A DNA stretch of 61,265 nucleotides, counting the filler. It is 7 parts of 7 records of this genome, joined end to end, with 100 filler letters (N's around TTAATTAATTAA, not from the genome) between each part and the next. Parts side by side here need not be neighbours in the genome. Positions count along the whole stretch, not along the records: positions 21,866 to 27,935 come from SRR2962707_5135; positions 28,036 to 44,702 come from SRR2962707_5136; 5 more parts are not named here. The stretch is one strand, 5' to 3'. Made by a program: the position numbers and the translations under genes. Position 1 is the stretch's first letter; every line of letters begins with the position of its first letter. Positions 22,246-34,400 of this stretch are shown piece after piece. Under the pieces are notes generated by a model, which saw only the letters and a list, made by a program, of their open reading frames with translations, was not told the DNA's origin and did not search any database.

Positions 22246-25025
22246 ATGGATCGACGTACCGAACAAGCGAATGGCGCAGCAGTCGTGGGTCAGCAACCGG
22301 CACGTCGCACAGCTCAGATCCTCAGTCACTTAAAATGTGCAGCAGCGACGGCATCGAAGAATGCACCCCCCGCACCAATTGCTGTTCCGAGCACGGAATA
22401 TCTGCGCAAGTGGAAAGAGGCGTACACTGCGTATCTGCAGGAAGAGCCCGAGAAGCACGAAGTGACTCGCCGTTCTGAGAGTGCTATGGCGCACTTTGCA
22501 ACGACGGACCCTGAGATCTTGCAGACTTTTGAGGATGCGACCGCTGGCCTTGACTACAACGTTGCAGACTTCTTGCCAGGCCCGTTCCAAGATGTGGGCC
22601 CCGGTAAACGCTACCCCACGAAATATCATGTATGGGCGGAGTCTCAGTTCCACACTGGTCGCGGGAATAACCACGTCTACTTTCAGGAACTCCGGGAGCG
22701 ATACGGCAAACAAGGATACGCCTCCAACATTGTGGTGCCAATCGTGCGTTTTGAACGGACTGATGGCGGAGCTGGCAAGCTGTCGGGTCCCGTGCTCGCG
22801 CAGCAGGTTGTGATCGCGCACCCCGACGACTGCGAAAGAATTGCCCGTCAGCATGTCAAGAAGCAACCCAATTTCGTTGGAACACTGATGTCTTCACTTA
22901 TTTCTACCACAGACAACACAAATTGGCGGAACCAGCGCAACGAGCTGAACGAGGCCTTTCTGCCTGTTGCTGCCATTTCACAAACACTCCCAATTAGCCT
23001 GCGCCGGTCTCGCGAATGTGTGTCCAAGCTTGCTGCTCTTGCTGCGGAAAATCCTCGATCGGAGGTGCGTGATTTGGTGGCTTGTTGAGTTCTGCAGGAT
23101 ACGACACGCTTTTGACTTGTGTGTGTCTGGCCACCAATGCAATCAAGTGACGGCTGGGATTTGTGTTGGATACGATGGTGCAGGTTGAAGTAAATGATTT
23201 TTTTCTTTACGAGACGCAAGCACAGTTGCAGATGGCTATTTTTGGGAATTCCCCGAGCTTTATGCAAAGGACTAACGAAGCCATCCGAGGTGTTTTTGCT
23301 GGAACCGCCGATCCACGCTACGGTCGGGAATGGGGTCTTCAAGTGCTGGATGGAACAGCTGCTGGTCCTAATGTGCCCGTAGCGCCCGCTGATCTGGTGA
23401 GAATGATGTGCCCAGTCCATTGTTTTGGCGTCGTGTGCTCCGAATTCTGTCCGCTTCTTGGTTGGTCTTGACCAATTGTGCCTTCAAATGTGTCAAGGTC
23501 CCACCATCATGTGCGATGCATCGCTCGAAGCGCCCTGGTGCCGTCGCTGCTGCGGCTCGCAATGGCTGTCCCATGGCCCCGGCGGCGGCCAGCAGCGTGA
23601 AGGGACCCTTGACCCGCAAATTGATGGAGAGTGAAGCAAACTTTCCGTCTCGGTGGGGAAACACGATGCTGTTTGCGTTTGCAGGGCACGATACCACCGG
23701 CCACACGCTCACGTGGCTAGTGTTTGAGCTTGCTCGGCACCCTGAGCTGCAAAGTCGCCTGATTGCAGAAATTGATACTTTTTGGGCAGAAAAAGGCGAT
23801 TCTCCCATTGAATATACAGACTTTGCGAAATTGCCTTTCATGACGCGGTGTATCATGGAAACACTTCGCAGATGGCCTGCGGTTGCCAATGGAACTTTCC
23901 GTGAACTCGTTCGCGATGACGAAGTTTTAGGTGGTGGCTTTGATGGTAGTGAGCTGGTCCACCTTCCGGCCGGAACTTGGGTGCAGGTGCGCAGCTGCGC
24001 AGCTGCTATGTATGTGCATGTATTGGTAAAGCCACGTGTCCAGCCACCGCTGTTTCAGAGAACAAGTGTTGGTGTCCACAATTTTTAGCCTCCCAGATGG
24101 TTCAGCTTCATTGTGAGTTGCTGCATGTCCCTTACCATGTCCGTTCGTTAGGTCAGCACGATTGCCCGACATCACAATCCCGATTTGTGGGGCCCCACGG
24201 CAAAGCAGTTTGACCCCGATCGCGAGTGGTGAGTGGCGATCAGCGCACAGTGGGAGGCGTTTCGTCTTTGTTGTCGAATGGAGATGGAATGCAAATTTGT
24301 TCGTCGACTTCTCCTTCATCCTTAACTGTGCCATGGTGTGTGGTGTTGTGGTTGGCACAAGGCGTGAGGATGAGTTGTGGCATGGTCAAGTGTTCAAGTA
24401 CGTTTGTTTGTGTGTGTGTGAGCGAAAACAGCGCTGGCAACAATGCAATTGCGGTTTTTCCGATGCGTCTGTTTATCATTGTGTTTGTGACGGGGACTAG
24501 GGCATATAATCCGAGTACGACGCGATTTTCACCATTCACTTTCGCACCACGGGACTGTATTGGTAAAAATTTCGCACAGATGGAAGTACGTTCAAACAGG
24601 TGGTTGTGTTGTTGTCGTTGTTGTTGTAGACGGGGCGTTTGATTGCAGCAACGGAGTTGATGTGCCGGTCGTATGGTTGGCATTTAACGACAGATGAGAG
24701 CGATTTTGTTGCACATTCTGCGACACTTTCGCTTCGAGCTTGCTGCTGAAATGGCTCCCGGCAATCCAAGTGGATATGACCCGGAAATGATGCAAGGGGT
24801 ATGTACCGTTTTTCAAGTTGACTACCTGCAGTGGGTTCGCCTTTGTGTGTGAAACGCGACCGGCTTGCAGTGTAAATTTTTGGTGGCGCGTGGTGTTTGG
24901 ACCTGCAGGTCAACTACGGTACATTGGCACCGCTTGATATCTCACAGCCTGAGCCGGTGCCTCGAATTGGTGTGCCCCCGCGCATTATGAATGGACTTCG
25001 TCTCAAAGTTGTTCCACGTAAATGA
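22246..25025 (+). CDS. Cytochrome P450; join(22246..23064,23184..23396,23498..23986,24152..24228,24362..24397,24501..24585,24694..24798,24909..25025), ~646 aa
   Basis: C-helix WRNQR, I-helix AGHDTT, K-helix ETLR, FDPDR, heme loop PFTFAPRDCIG. All seven introns are GT..AG and frame-consistent. Confidence 0.93.
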
Positions 25026-25236
25026 CTGTTGAATCCTTCCGGTGTGTCCGCGAGTGATGGTTGATTACCCGCACACTCTATCTACCGGATGATAAAATAA
25101 GCTCCCAATTTTTCTCCTGATTTTTGTTACACATTAGTTTTTTCTTTGTTCCAGAGACTTGATGAAAACCGCGCGCAAATATAGAGCGCGTGAGCCAAGA
25201 CGTTTGCACCAGAACTCAGTTGATTGTTTCAGATTG

Positions 25237-27382
25237 TCACACCTCTTCGTTCCTTTCCATATTTCGCCATTTGTCTTTGAGATTGACGTTGGTACGCCTC
25301 GGATGAAAGTCGTAGCTCTATGACACACAAAACAGTTTCAACCAGCATGTTCACTCCAAACACAAAGGTACACGCAATCAGAATTATGTTTCGCGATGGT
25401 AGTCGAAAACACTTACGTCCAGAATTTTCTTCCAGTTGCCCTTGCCAAACCTGGGAGAACAAAGTTGGGGTCAACAAGCTTTTAGCAATGAGATCTTTCT
25501 ACCGTAAATCCGGTGCATGCCAAGTTTCAGACAAACGTACTTTTCCACTCCTGCGATCAAGTACTTGCATTCTAACGGAGTGAAAGGCACCCGCTTTGGC
25601 GTAGAATCCCCATAGTTCGGCACTTTTTTTCGTGATCGCCGTGGTTTCTTGCCACTACCCACATCACCTTCGGTGGCACCAGTAATTTCAGAGAGGCGTT
25701 TCTTCGCACGACGGGGGACGCTGCCAGGCGAAACACGGCGGGGTGGTCGATCTTCGATCGGTGTTTGGCGATCTGCACAACCAAGCAAAAGTTCAGACAA
25801 AACCACACCACCACCCGAAAGCAGCACAAAATGAAAAACACGTGCCAAAAACAATTCCAGCACGCCTCACCTTGAGAAGGGGCTGCGCTTTGACCCTGAC
25901 TTGCATCCCAAGAAAGAATCGTTGCATTTGGGTCTTCTGCACCCTCCTCACGCATGCGTGGGGCGCGCGCGGCTGCAGGGGCCGCACTATCTCTTGCTGT
26001 TTGCTGCAATGCTTGTGCCAATGGGTCTTCGCCGCCAGCCTAGAAAAACATGGTCCATTGCAATAATGATTTCACATTCCACGAAAATCTCATGTGCCAC
26101 TCACTTCTGCTAGCATGAGGAAGTGTTGAATGAAGAAACAGACCTTGTCTACAGCCTGCCTCGCAGAGCGAAGCTCGGCGCGGACCGTAGCGGCTGAACT
26201 GGAAGCCGCACCGGAATCTTGTTGGGTTGCTGCCGCTGCCACGGCCTCTTCCTCTTCCTCAACGTCTGTTGCACCGTCAGCATCTGGTTCCTCATCGCCT
26301 CCAGCAAAATTTTCAGCAGACTCTGTACATTGCTCAGCCGGCGAAACGCTTTGTGCCGAGGAATTCGAGCCGGCTTCAGCTGCAATCCGTTGCGAATCCA
26401 GAAATTTGCGCACGTCCGGGTGAGTGCGCTGTACAATGGCACCCCATTCATCTCCAGCAGCCCTCTCGAGGGCGGCTAAACTCACTCGCTTGGAAGAGCC
26501 ATAAGTCGTTGACTCTTCCACCACTTCAGCAGCATTGTTTGCTGCAGAGTTCACAACAACGGGCTCGAGTGCTTGGCTGCTACTTCCTGTAGCATTACTG
26601 GAACTAGAGGCGGCTGCCTCACCATTGTTGCGACTGCCACTGGATTGACCGAAGTTCACAGACAGCGGGTCGCGAATACCGTCCAGTGGATCTCGTTTGT
26701 CCATGATGTTAATAGCAAGCTGGCGCAAAAACGGTTTCCCAAGGCAAGATGTTTCGACTTGTTGGAGTGCAGCTTTGAATCGATCTGCAAACCACTCTGG
26801 CGAGCGGCGTGCGCAGATCGCTTTGCCCCGTTCATACAACGCTTTCCCTGCTGCCTTCGCGCTCTTCGGAAGGCCAACTGTTAACTCGAAGAACTCATCA
26901 CGCACGAGCTTGACCATTTGCTGGGCCATCATTGGCAAGGAATCGACCACAGCTCCAGCAGGAAACAAAGCGTCGAGTTGCTGGAGGTAAAAAGTGGCAC
27001 TGACATTCTCATCCCGAAGAAGGGTCGCAAGCGCCTGGCAGCGGATCAGCGTGTCCAAGTACTTGAGGTCGAAAAGGGAGGGACAGCTGTCCAAAGGAAG
27101 ATTCCCGCTCATAAGTTCCTGGACTTGATTGATGTAGTCGTCAAAGGTGGTTGCTTCCAGGGTACCCTTCCAGAACAGGTAGAAGTTAGTTCGGGCTACA
27201 AGCACCGAATCCTCGTCGACTTGCGACCCGTCTCGGTGAGGCGCAAGCTTTTGAAAAAACACGTCCACCAACTCGGTGTGCCTGGTTGCGAAGGCGTATT
27301 CCTGCATCCACAGCAACGGATCATGGTTGTCCAATTCTTCGTCCGTGGCCACAGCGCCAGCACGTCCGGAAGCAAGCGCCAT
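25237..27382 (-). CDS. Telomere repeat-binding factor-like protein with C-terminal telobox Myb domain; exons 27382-26144, 26039-25871, 25772-25541, 25450-25417, 25317-25237, ~584 aa
   Basis: Spliced C-terminus reads [51 protein letters not shown], containing the telobox LKDKWRN signature. Helical N-terminal domain. Confidence 0.9.
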
Positions 27383-27839
27383 GTTTCGAGCGAACACACG
27401 AACTTTCGAGACGCGAACAAGTCAATAAGGGACCGCAAGATGTCTGTCACCCCCTCTACAAAAGACCGCGAAAAAGGAGAACCAGACCTCGAATCAAGCA
27501 ACCAAAATCTCCAGTGCACTCCGTCGGCACACTCACACAGAACTCAACTCCACGCGCTCATCCAGCGTCGCCACCGCACGCACACAGGCGAACGACGCAA
27601 ACCAAAAGGAAAAACACCCACCACCCACCCAGGCACCCGCGCACACCGAAACCCAAGGAAGGAAAGAACACAAAAAACAGGAAAAGGCAGCAACAAACAC
27701 AACCACCCAACGTCCACCGGTTGAACCCCTGACGAAGCAACAGATCGCCCTCACCACGCCTCCGCGAAACGCGTCCGCTCAACGTCTTTCACAGAGGTTG
27801 CAAACAAAGCGAAGTCACTCACACTTGCCGCGGATTGTG

Positions 27840-27935
27840 AGTCTGTCTGTCTGTCCGTGTGTCCGTGTGTCTGTGTCTCTGTGTGTCTGTCTGTTTGTCT
27901 ACCCTTCTGTTTGTCTGTCTGTCTGTCTGTCTGTC
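27840..27935. repeat. (TGTC)n-rich microsatellite at contig end
   Basis: gtctgtctgtctgtc tract runs into the gap. Confidence 0.85.
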
Positions 27936-28035
27936 NNNNNNNNNNNNNNNNNNNNNNNNNNNNNNNNNNNNNNNNNNNNTTAATTAATTAANNNNNNNNN
28001 NNNNNNNNNNNNNNNNNNNNNNNNNNNNNNNNNNN
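27936..28035. other. Artificial contig spacer
   Basis: N44-TTAATTAATTAA-N44. Confidence 0.99.
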
Positions 28036-28460
28036 CACTCACTCACTCACTCACTCACGGTGCTCAAGCATTCACGCACTCAAGGAAACTCACGAAGCCT
28101 CACGAGTACTCGCGAACACGGACGAATGCTCACTCACAAAGACTCACTCACTCCCAATCTTTCGAAGTTCTTTTTTTTCCCACTTTTTCCTGTCTGCCCC
28201 TTTTCGTTCTTTCTGTGTCTTTGTTCTTGTTGGTAGTCCAGGTAGGTGGTGGGTGGGCGGCGTGTTCTAGAGTCTGGTCTGGCACTTGAACCCGAGCTTT
28301 CGCACGCGCGTCTGCGCAGCAGGTGCTGCTGCTGAGATGCCGACCTGCCAAGATGCTGCTGTGAGTGAAGGGGTGATATAAAAAAACAAAAAAAAAACAA
28401 AACAAACGGGTTTTCGTTTTTATCCTGCGTGGGCAGGCACAAGAAGAGCGGGTTCCCACG

Positions 28461-31400
28461 ATGCCCGCAGCTGGTCGCAAGGGCAGCAGCCCCGGCGCCC
28501 AGAAGTCGAAGCGGAAGAGCAGCAAGAATAAGAATGCGACTGCGAATAAGAAGAAGCGTGTTCGAATTGCCGGAGAGCTGCAGCGGTGGAATTGGATGTT
28601 CTTGCGCCTGTGGGAGTTCTGCGGGCCCGTGAACCCAGCGTGCATCCTCAACATTCCAGACACCGTGCTCTTCAAGTCGGCGCAGCCGAGCATGTGGCTG
28701 TGGACGCACCCGTCGGGGCGCATCGAGCGGCGCGAGTTTGAGTTCAAGATCAAGGCGGGCGAGACCCGGAGCCCGGCGGATGAGAAGATGCGGCTCATTC
28801 GCGAGCGGTTCCTGGAGATTCGACCGGAGCGACTGGCAGGGGGCGGAGGGCACTTCTGCGTCGCGTGGTATCGAGACGGCACCACTGAGCACTTGGACCT
28901 CCACGCGTTCACTCGGCTGCAAAAGCACAAGCAGTGGCGGGCGTCGTTGTTTGGCTTGCAAGCATACATTGCGCCCAAGGTGTCGAGCATGGGGCTCTAC
29001 TCGGTGTACGATGATGATACAGGCGCGGACCTCGTGCAGCCTGGGAAGGACGGACAGCCAGGGCCGCCCCTCCGGCGCAATGCGGCATTGGACATGCTCT
29101 GCAAGAAATTGGCGCTGCATCTTGAAGCGGCGTGCAAGTCTTACCCTTTGCGCAAGCTCATTCGAGTGTACCGACTGGTGGGTTCCTTCATTATATCCGC
29201 TGGCGACGAGAAGTTGTATCTTGTATTTGCACCCGAGCTTCGAGCACAGCCGCTCCAAGAGACATTCGCCACTCAGGCTGAGATTGAGGCAGAAGTGTTC
29301 AAGATCACAGTGGCCATCAACAACATCGTGCATGTGGCACAAAAGCGCGGCATGAAGATGCAGCAGGTGGGATTTAGAGCAGTTTTCATGATTTTGCTCG
29401 GCGGGACAGGGCCTGGCAATGCCGACTGTCGCCGTGTTGGCGGGGTTTTGTTTGTCTTCACATTTTCTCCTCCTGATGCAGGTATTCCGTTACTTTGATC
29501 AAAAGGCCGAAGGCCATGTCTCTCGTGAGCAATTCATAGAGAACCTTGTGCCACTTGGCATCGAAGTCGAGGAAGTTCATCAGTTGTCGCTACTGCGAAA
29601 AATTGGACTTAACAACGACGGCTTTATAGGGTTTCGCGAGTTCAAAAAATTCATTAAAACCACACGAAAGAATATTGCAGCGCACGAGACCGAGCAGCTG
29701 CGCCTTACAGGAGGAGGTGGTGGTTCGGGATCGGCTCGTTTCCTGGCCGGCGGCGACAGTCAGGCCACACCGGACTCAGTGTCTGGAAGAAGAGAACTCA
29801 ATTCCGCTGGGGATGTGGCAACGGGCCCGCTTGGACGATCTTCATCGTCTTCTCTTGCAGACGTGCGTTCCGCAGCTCGTCTTGAGTCCGCGGACGGGCC
29901 CAGAAACCGCACGAAACCTCGCGCAGCGGCTGGACCTGGAACATTGCGATCCCTTGAGGATGGAGGAGTTGGAAGTATGGATCGGGGAAATGCTGTGCAG
30001 CCGACACCGGAAGCAGAAGAATCTAAGCTGACACCATGGGCAAGGGAGTCAGCTCACGACACTCTGGCGGAAATGGAACGCCGATCGAAGCAGAAGGCCA
30101 CCTTACTTTCAACGCAAGCCGCCAGAGGAGTCAGAGACCGAGGCACAGAAGCTGCTGCCGACACATTTTCATTGGAACCGTCGTCTTTGACGACCGGCAC
30201 CATTTTAATTGCGGATGGAGTGGAGATTGGGTATGTGCTATAGAATCATTGGGGACTAATTTTTGACATTGGGCACGTGAATGAACGAAAACCTTGTTGC
30301 CCAATGTGCTATCATCCCGTGTGAACCAATGTGTTGTGAAGGTACTACTCTATGCCTCAACCCGCTGATGCCGAGTATCTTTCTGAGGCAAAGACCAGCG
30401 ATGACCTCGCTAATCCATCCGGGGCGCATGTTCAAGCGGTTCGTACATGTTGAAGCTCACGCATGCAACTTCTTGCCGTTGTCCCATCTTCAGCGGCTTT
30501 TCACGGCATTTGCATGTCAAGCACACATCCATAGAGTGCGCACATGCCATCCACAGCACATGTTCTCACACCAGGTTGTCATTTGTTGATGGGAATGTGA
30601 CTTGGCTGCAAAGGTCGCAAAAGCTGCGGAGCTGCGTGGGCTCAAACGACGAGCGGGGCTGGCATTTCGCTTACTTGTGCTGGCCGATTTTTTTCAAAAC
30701 CTTGAGAGTCTGCATGATTTCCTTCTGCCTTTAGCCCAACAGTTTCGAGATGCAAGCATTGTGGTGGCAAATTTTCCTGGACAATTGGGAGCGATTTGCG
30801 CACCTTCCCGAAAGAAGGTTGTGCTGAACAACAAGTAAGAATCCAGTTGAATTTGCGTCGGCTTTTCATCAATCTTGTCTCATGCTCGTTTTTACACAGC
30901 TTGTCACTCAAACGGTGCGTTGCTGCGAAATGCCATTAGATATCTGGCGAAGTGTACAGCCATTCTCATGCGTCATCTTACTGAGCCAGCCAGTGGTAGG
31001 TTGTGGGCTACGCATGAACTGGACGAAGCCCCTGTTTTTGTTCTGGGTTTTGGCAACGGCGGCAGTGTTGCCTCGTACTTAGTTGCCAATCTGGACGAGC
31101 TTTCGGACGTCGAGGCAATGCAGGCGGCACAATCCACAACTGACGCTGAGAACTCCAAAAATGGACCACCGGCAAAGAAACCGAAAAGCTCTGATGATGG
31201 CAGATTGCTCTCAGCACAGCTGAGGCATTCTCTGGAAGGAGTTGTGTTGGTAAACCCGCTGGTGCACGTGGACAAGGCTCGGCGCCAGTTGCTCCAGCGG
31301 CTATTGAAAATGCCAGAGGTTGCATCGAGGCAGGAACGTGTCCAACACCTGTGCTCCTTGCTATTTTCGCAGTCGCACCTCGACAGCAAGGGAAAATCAG

Positions 31401-34400
31401 CTGCCCTCGCTTCCTTTTTTGAGGCCCTTCATGGGTGGAGCCCTGACGCCGAGCTTGACGAGGGGGTTGAGTTGCTTGTCCGTGGAGCACTTCGACACTC
31501 TGACGTTCGCCGATGCTACACAGCAAACAATACCCCTGCCGTAAAGGTTTGTGGAAGTGGACATTTTTGGTGGAAGGGCGTTTGTGGTTTTTTGCGCGAA
31601 CTATTTCAGCATTGGGTTTTGCTTGTTTTTTTCTAACTGCATAGCACCTCCTGGTTGCTTCGACGGAGGATGATTTTTTTCCTGCAACTCAATCCAACGA
31701 GCTTATTGAAGCCTTGGGTGGCGGAAGGGTCATGGAGCCATCCGTTGAGGCTTGCTGCGCTCGAAAAGGCGAATTCGCAGCACATGTCGCGTGGTTCAAA
31801 TCGGGTCATTGCATTGACCAAGAACGACCAAGCGTACTTCTGCACTTGCTTGCGAATTTTTTCGAGCAGGTGCCCATTTTGTTTGTTGTGTTTTGCTGCT
31901 TCGTCGCCGTCCATGTTTGCGTCGCGGTGACTCCGTTGCGATGGTGCAACTGCTTAGGCTACAGAGAATAGCAAACCTTCCATGCATGCTGATAAGCCTC
32001 CTCCTGGCCTCATGGATGGTTTTGTGGACGATGGAACACCTGGTGCCCGTGCACGATTTCTGCGCGCGAAGCGAAAAGCAATGCTTGTTGCGGCACAAAA
32101 CGGTGGGGTGGGCTACAGTTCTGAAGGAGGGCTTCCCCCACAGTACCTTCAACGTGCAGGCACTGGCTCCACAGGAGACGATGCAGCGCTTTCGCAGAGA
32201 AGGTCAACTGACGATGCGTTTTCCGAAAAACTGCTGGAAATGCAGTTGCAGCAAGCAGCGTTTATTGAGCGCGATCTAGAGCGCGAAGAGGGCCTTCTTA
32301 TGGCCGTTGAAGACGAGCGCAGCCAAGCCCACCGGCTGTTTCTTGAGGCCCAAGCGAAGTGGGCAGCTGAAGCAGAGGGCACCCGCGCTGAAGTTGCCAA
32401 GTTTCAGAAGTTGCGCGACGAAACGCAAGCGCGAAAAGAGCTCGAGGCATCCCAGCTTGCAAAAGCTGAAGTCCGCGAAGAGTCACGTCTGCGAAAAGAG
32501 CAGCGCAAAAAAGAGATGAAAGAGAAAAGCTTTGCTCTTCATGATATTGACCTAGAAGGTCAAGAACTTGGATACGGACTCGACAGCAGTGACCCTGTGA
32601 CCACTGTCGAGGGCAGCAGGTACGCATTGGCCGGGGGCATGCTGCAGTTGCTTTGCTTGTGTTGAGCATGGCTGATGTGAGGTGTTGTCTTTCTTTTTTG
32701 GGTTCTAGGCGGCTCCGCCACGACATGGACCTCGTTCGATCAAGAAAAGCTCGTGCTTTGCGCAAACAAATTCCAATAGTAGAACAACAAGCGCGGATGC
32801 GTGCAACAGAGCGTTCGCTGACCAAAATGTTAGACGATGTTGTGCGGGCGCGCGTGTTGGCAGTGAAAGACAAGAAAAGTGGAAATCTCGAGGGTGAAAA
32901 GCTCAAGGCTTTGGAAGTAGAGTTGTCATACCTGAAGGTGAAGGAGATCGAGTTGAATCCAAAATTGGCCAAGCTGCAAGCACACCTTCGGCAAGTCAGC
33001 GAGGAAGCAGACTATTTAACGTCGGTGGTTCAGCAGGTGATCATTGTACAAAGAAACTTGTTCACCACAATGGAGCAGCTGCTTTCCAAGCTCCAAAGCG
33101 ACTACGATTTACTTCATCGGGCGAAATCGCAGATCATCCGTGACGCAGAAGACTCCACCGAGCGCTCATATCAGCTTACCAAGCTTGTCGGCCAGACCAG
33201 AAAGCGACATTTAAAGTTGACAGAAGAACTTGAGCGCTGTGCCATGTGGCGGAAAGAGTGGATTGACTCGGACGCTTATCAGGATGGCGTTCCGCAGCGT
33301 ATTCGGAAGAAGCAGCTCGTCAAATTCTGTAAGAAGGAGATTGTGGTGGTAGCACAGAAAATTCAAAAGTATGAGCAGGACCTCGAAGACTGCACAAAGG
33401 CCAAAACAGACGTCGAAGCTCGGCTTGCAAGCTTTGCGGACAACCTGGTGGCCTTCCAGGAAGAAGCTCGCAAGCTCAAAGAAAATTACGAGGTGGCGAA
33501 GGCAGAGCAAACGAAGGAACAACTGGCCCAGGCTGACGCAGAAGACTTGGCAAATCGCAAAAATGATGCTGCGGCCGAAATGGCCGCGCGCCACGCGGCT
33601 GTGAACGCTATGATGGGATTGACAAATCTTGCGTCGCAGTGTCGCGTGAAACCTGCAGATGAGCGAAGTACAGAGGAGCGCAACTTTGTTGCTCTTGATG
33701 TTTTGCTCCACCCCGAGTTGTGAGTTTTGCTTTCGCATTAAGTGCTGTTGGCTGGGGAATGCGTTTGAGTGCTTGTCATATTGACTCAAAGTGTGATTTT
33801 CTGTTAGGTACATGCACATCAACGATGAAGATCGTGAGGTCATGGAAGTCGACGAGGCATATCACACGAGCGTCACACAAGCAGGGGTGCGACGTATTGC
33901 CACGCTGCCTGCCGAACTCAACTTAGCGATGCCGCATTTGTACTCTGACGACGAGGTCAAGGCGCATGTGCTCATTCAGAAATTCGAGCATGCTCAGGGA
34001 CAGGAAGACCTGCGAAAAGCTGATTGCGAAGTTGATTTAACTCGTGCAGCTCGCAAAGTACAACGGCAACTCATGGCACAGGCCATTCGTGCAAAGCTAC
34101 CAGAAGAGCGCTCCGAGGAGGAACAAGAGTGGGTGAGCATTGATAAGCTTCTTCGCCCCCACCTGTATCCTTACGAAGATGAAAGCCCTTGTCTCGTGGA
34201 CCCGGAACTTGAGGCGCAAGACATTGTGAAAATTGCGTCGACGTGGCGTGCTGGGCTTGAACGCGATGCGCATCGCAGGGTGTGGGACTTGGTGTACCAA
34301 TATGCAGAAATTGGAGACTGCGAGGGCGAAGAGCCCTTGCCGCCATTTCCAACCGAGATTGTCTCTCGATTGTCTCAAGTTCCTGACAAGGTAACGATTG

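Noticed and set aside
24089-24112. Possible 24-nt micro-exon (PPRWFSFI) in the longest P450 intron
   Set aside because: It has AG/GT flanks but would leave a 39-nt intron, far below the ~90-nt minimum seen here, and would interrupt the GTWVQVSTIARH strand.
28134-29342. 402-aa and 280-aa minus-strand ORFs
   Set aside because: Antisense shadows of the GC-rich first exon of the giant gene; no motifs.
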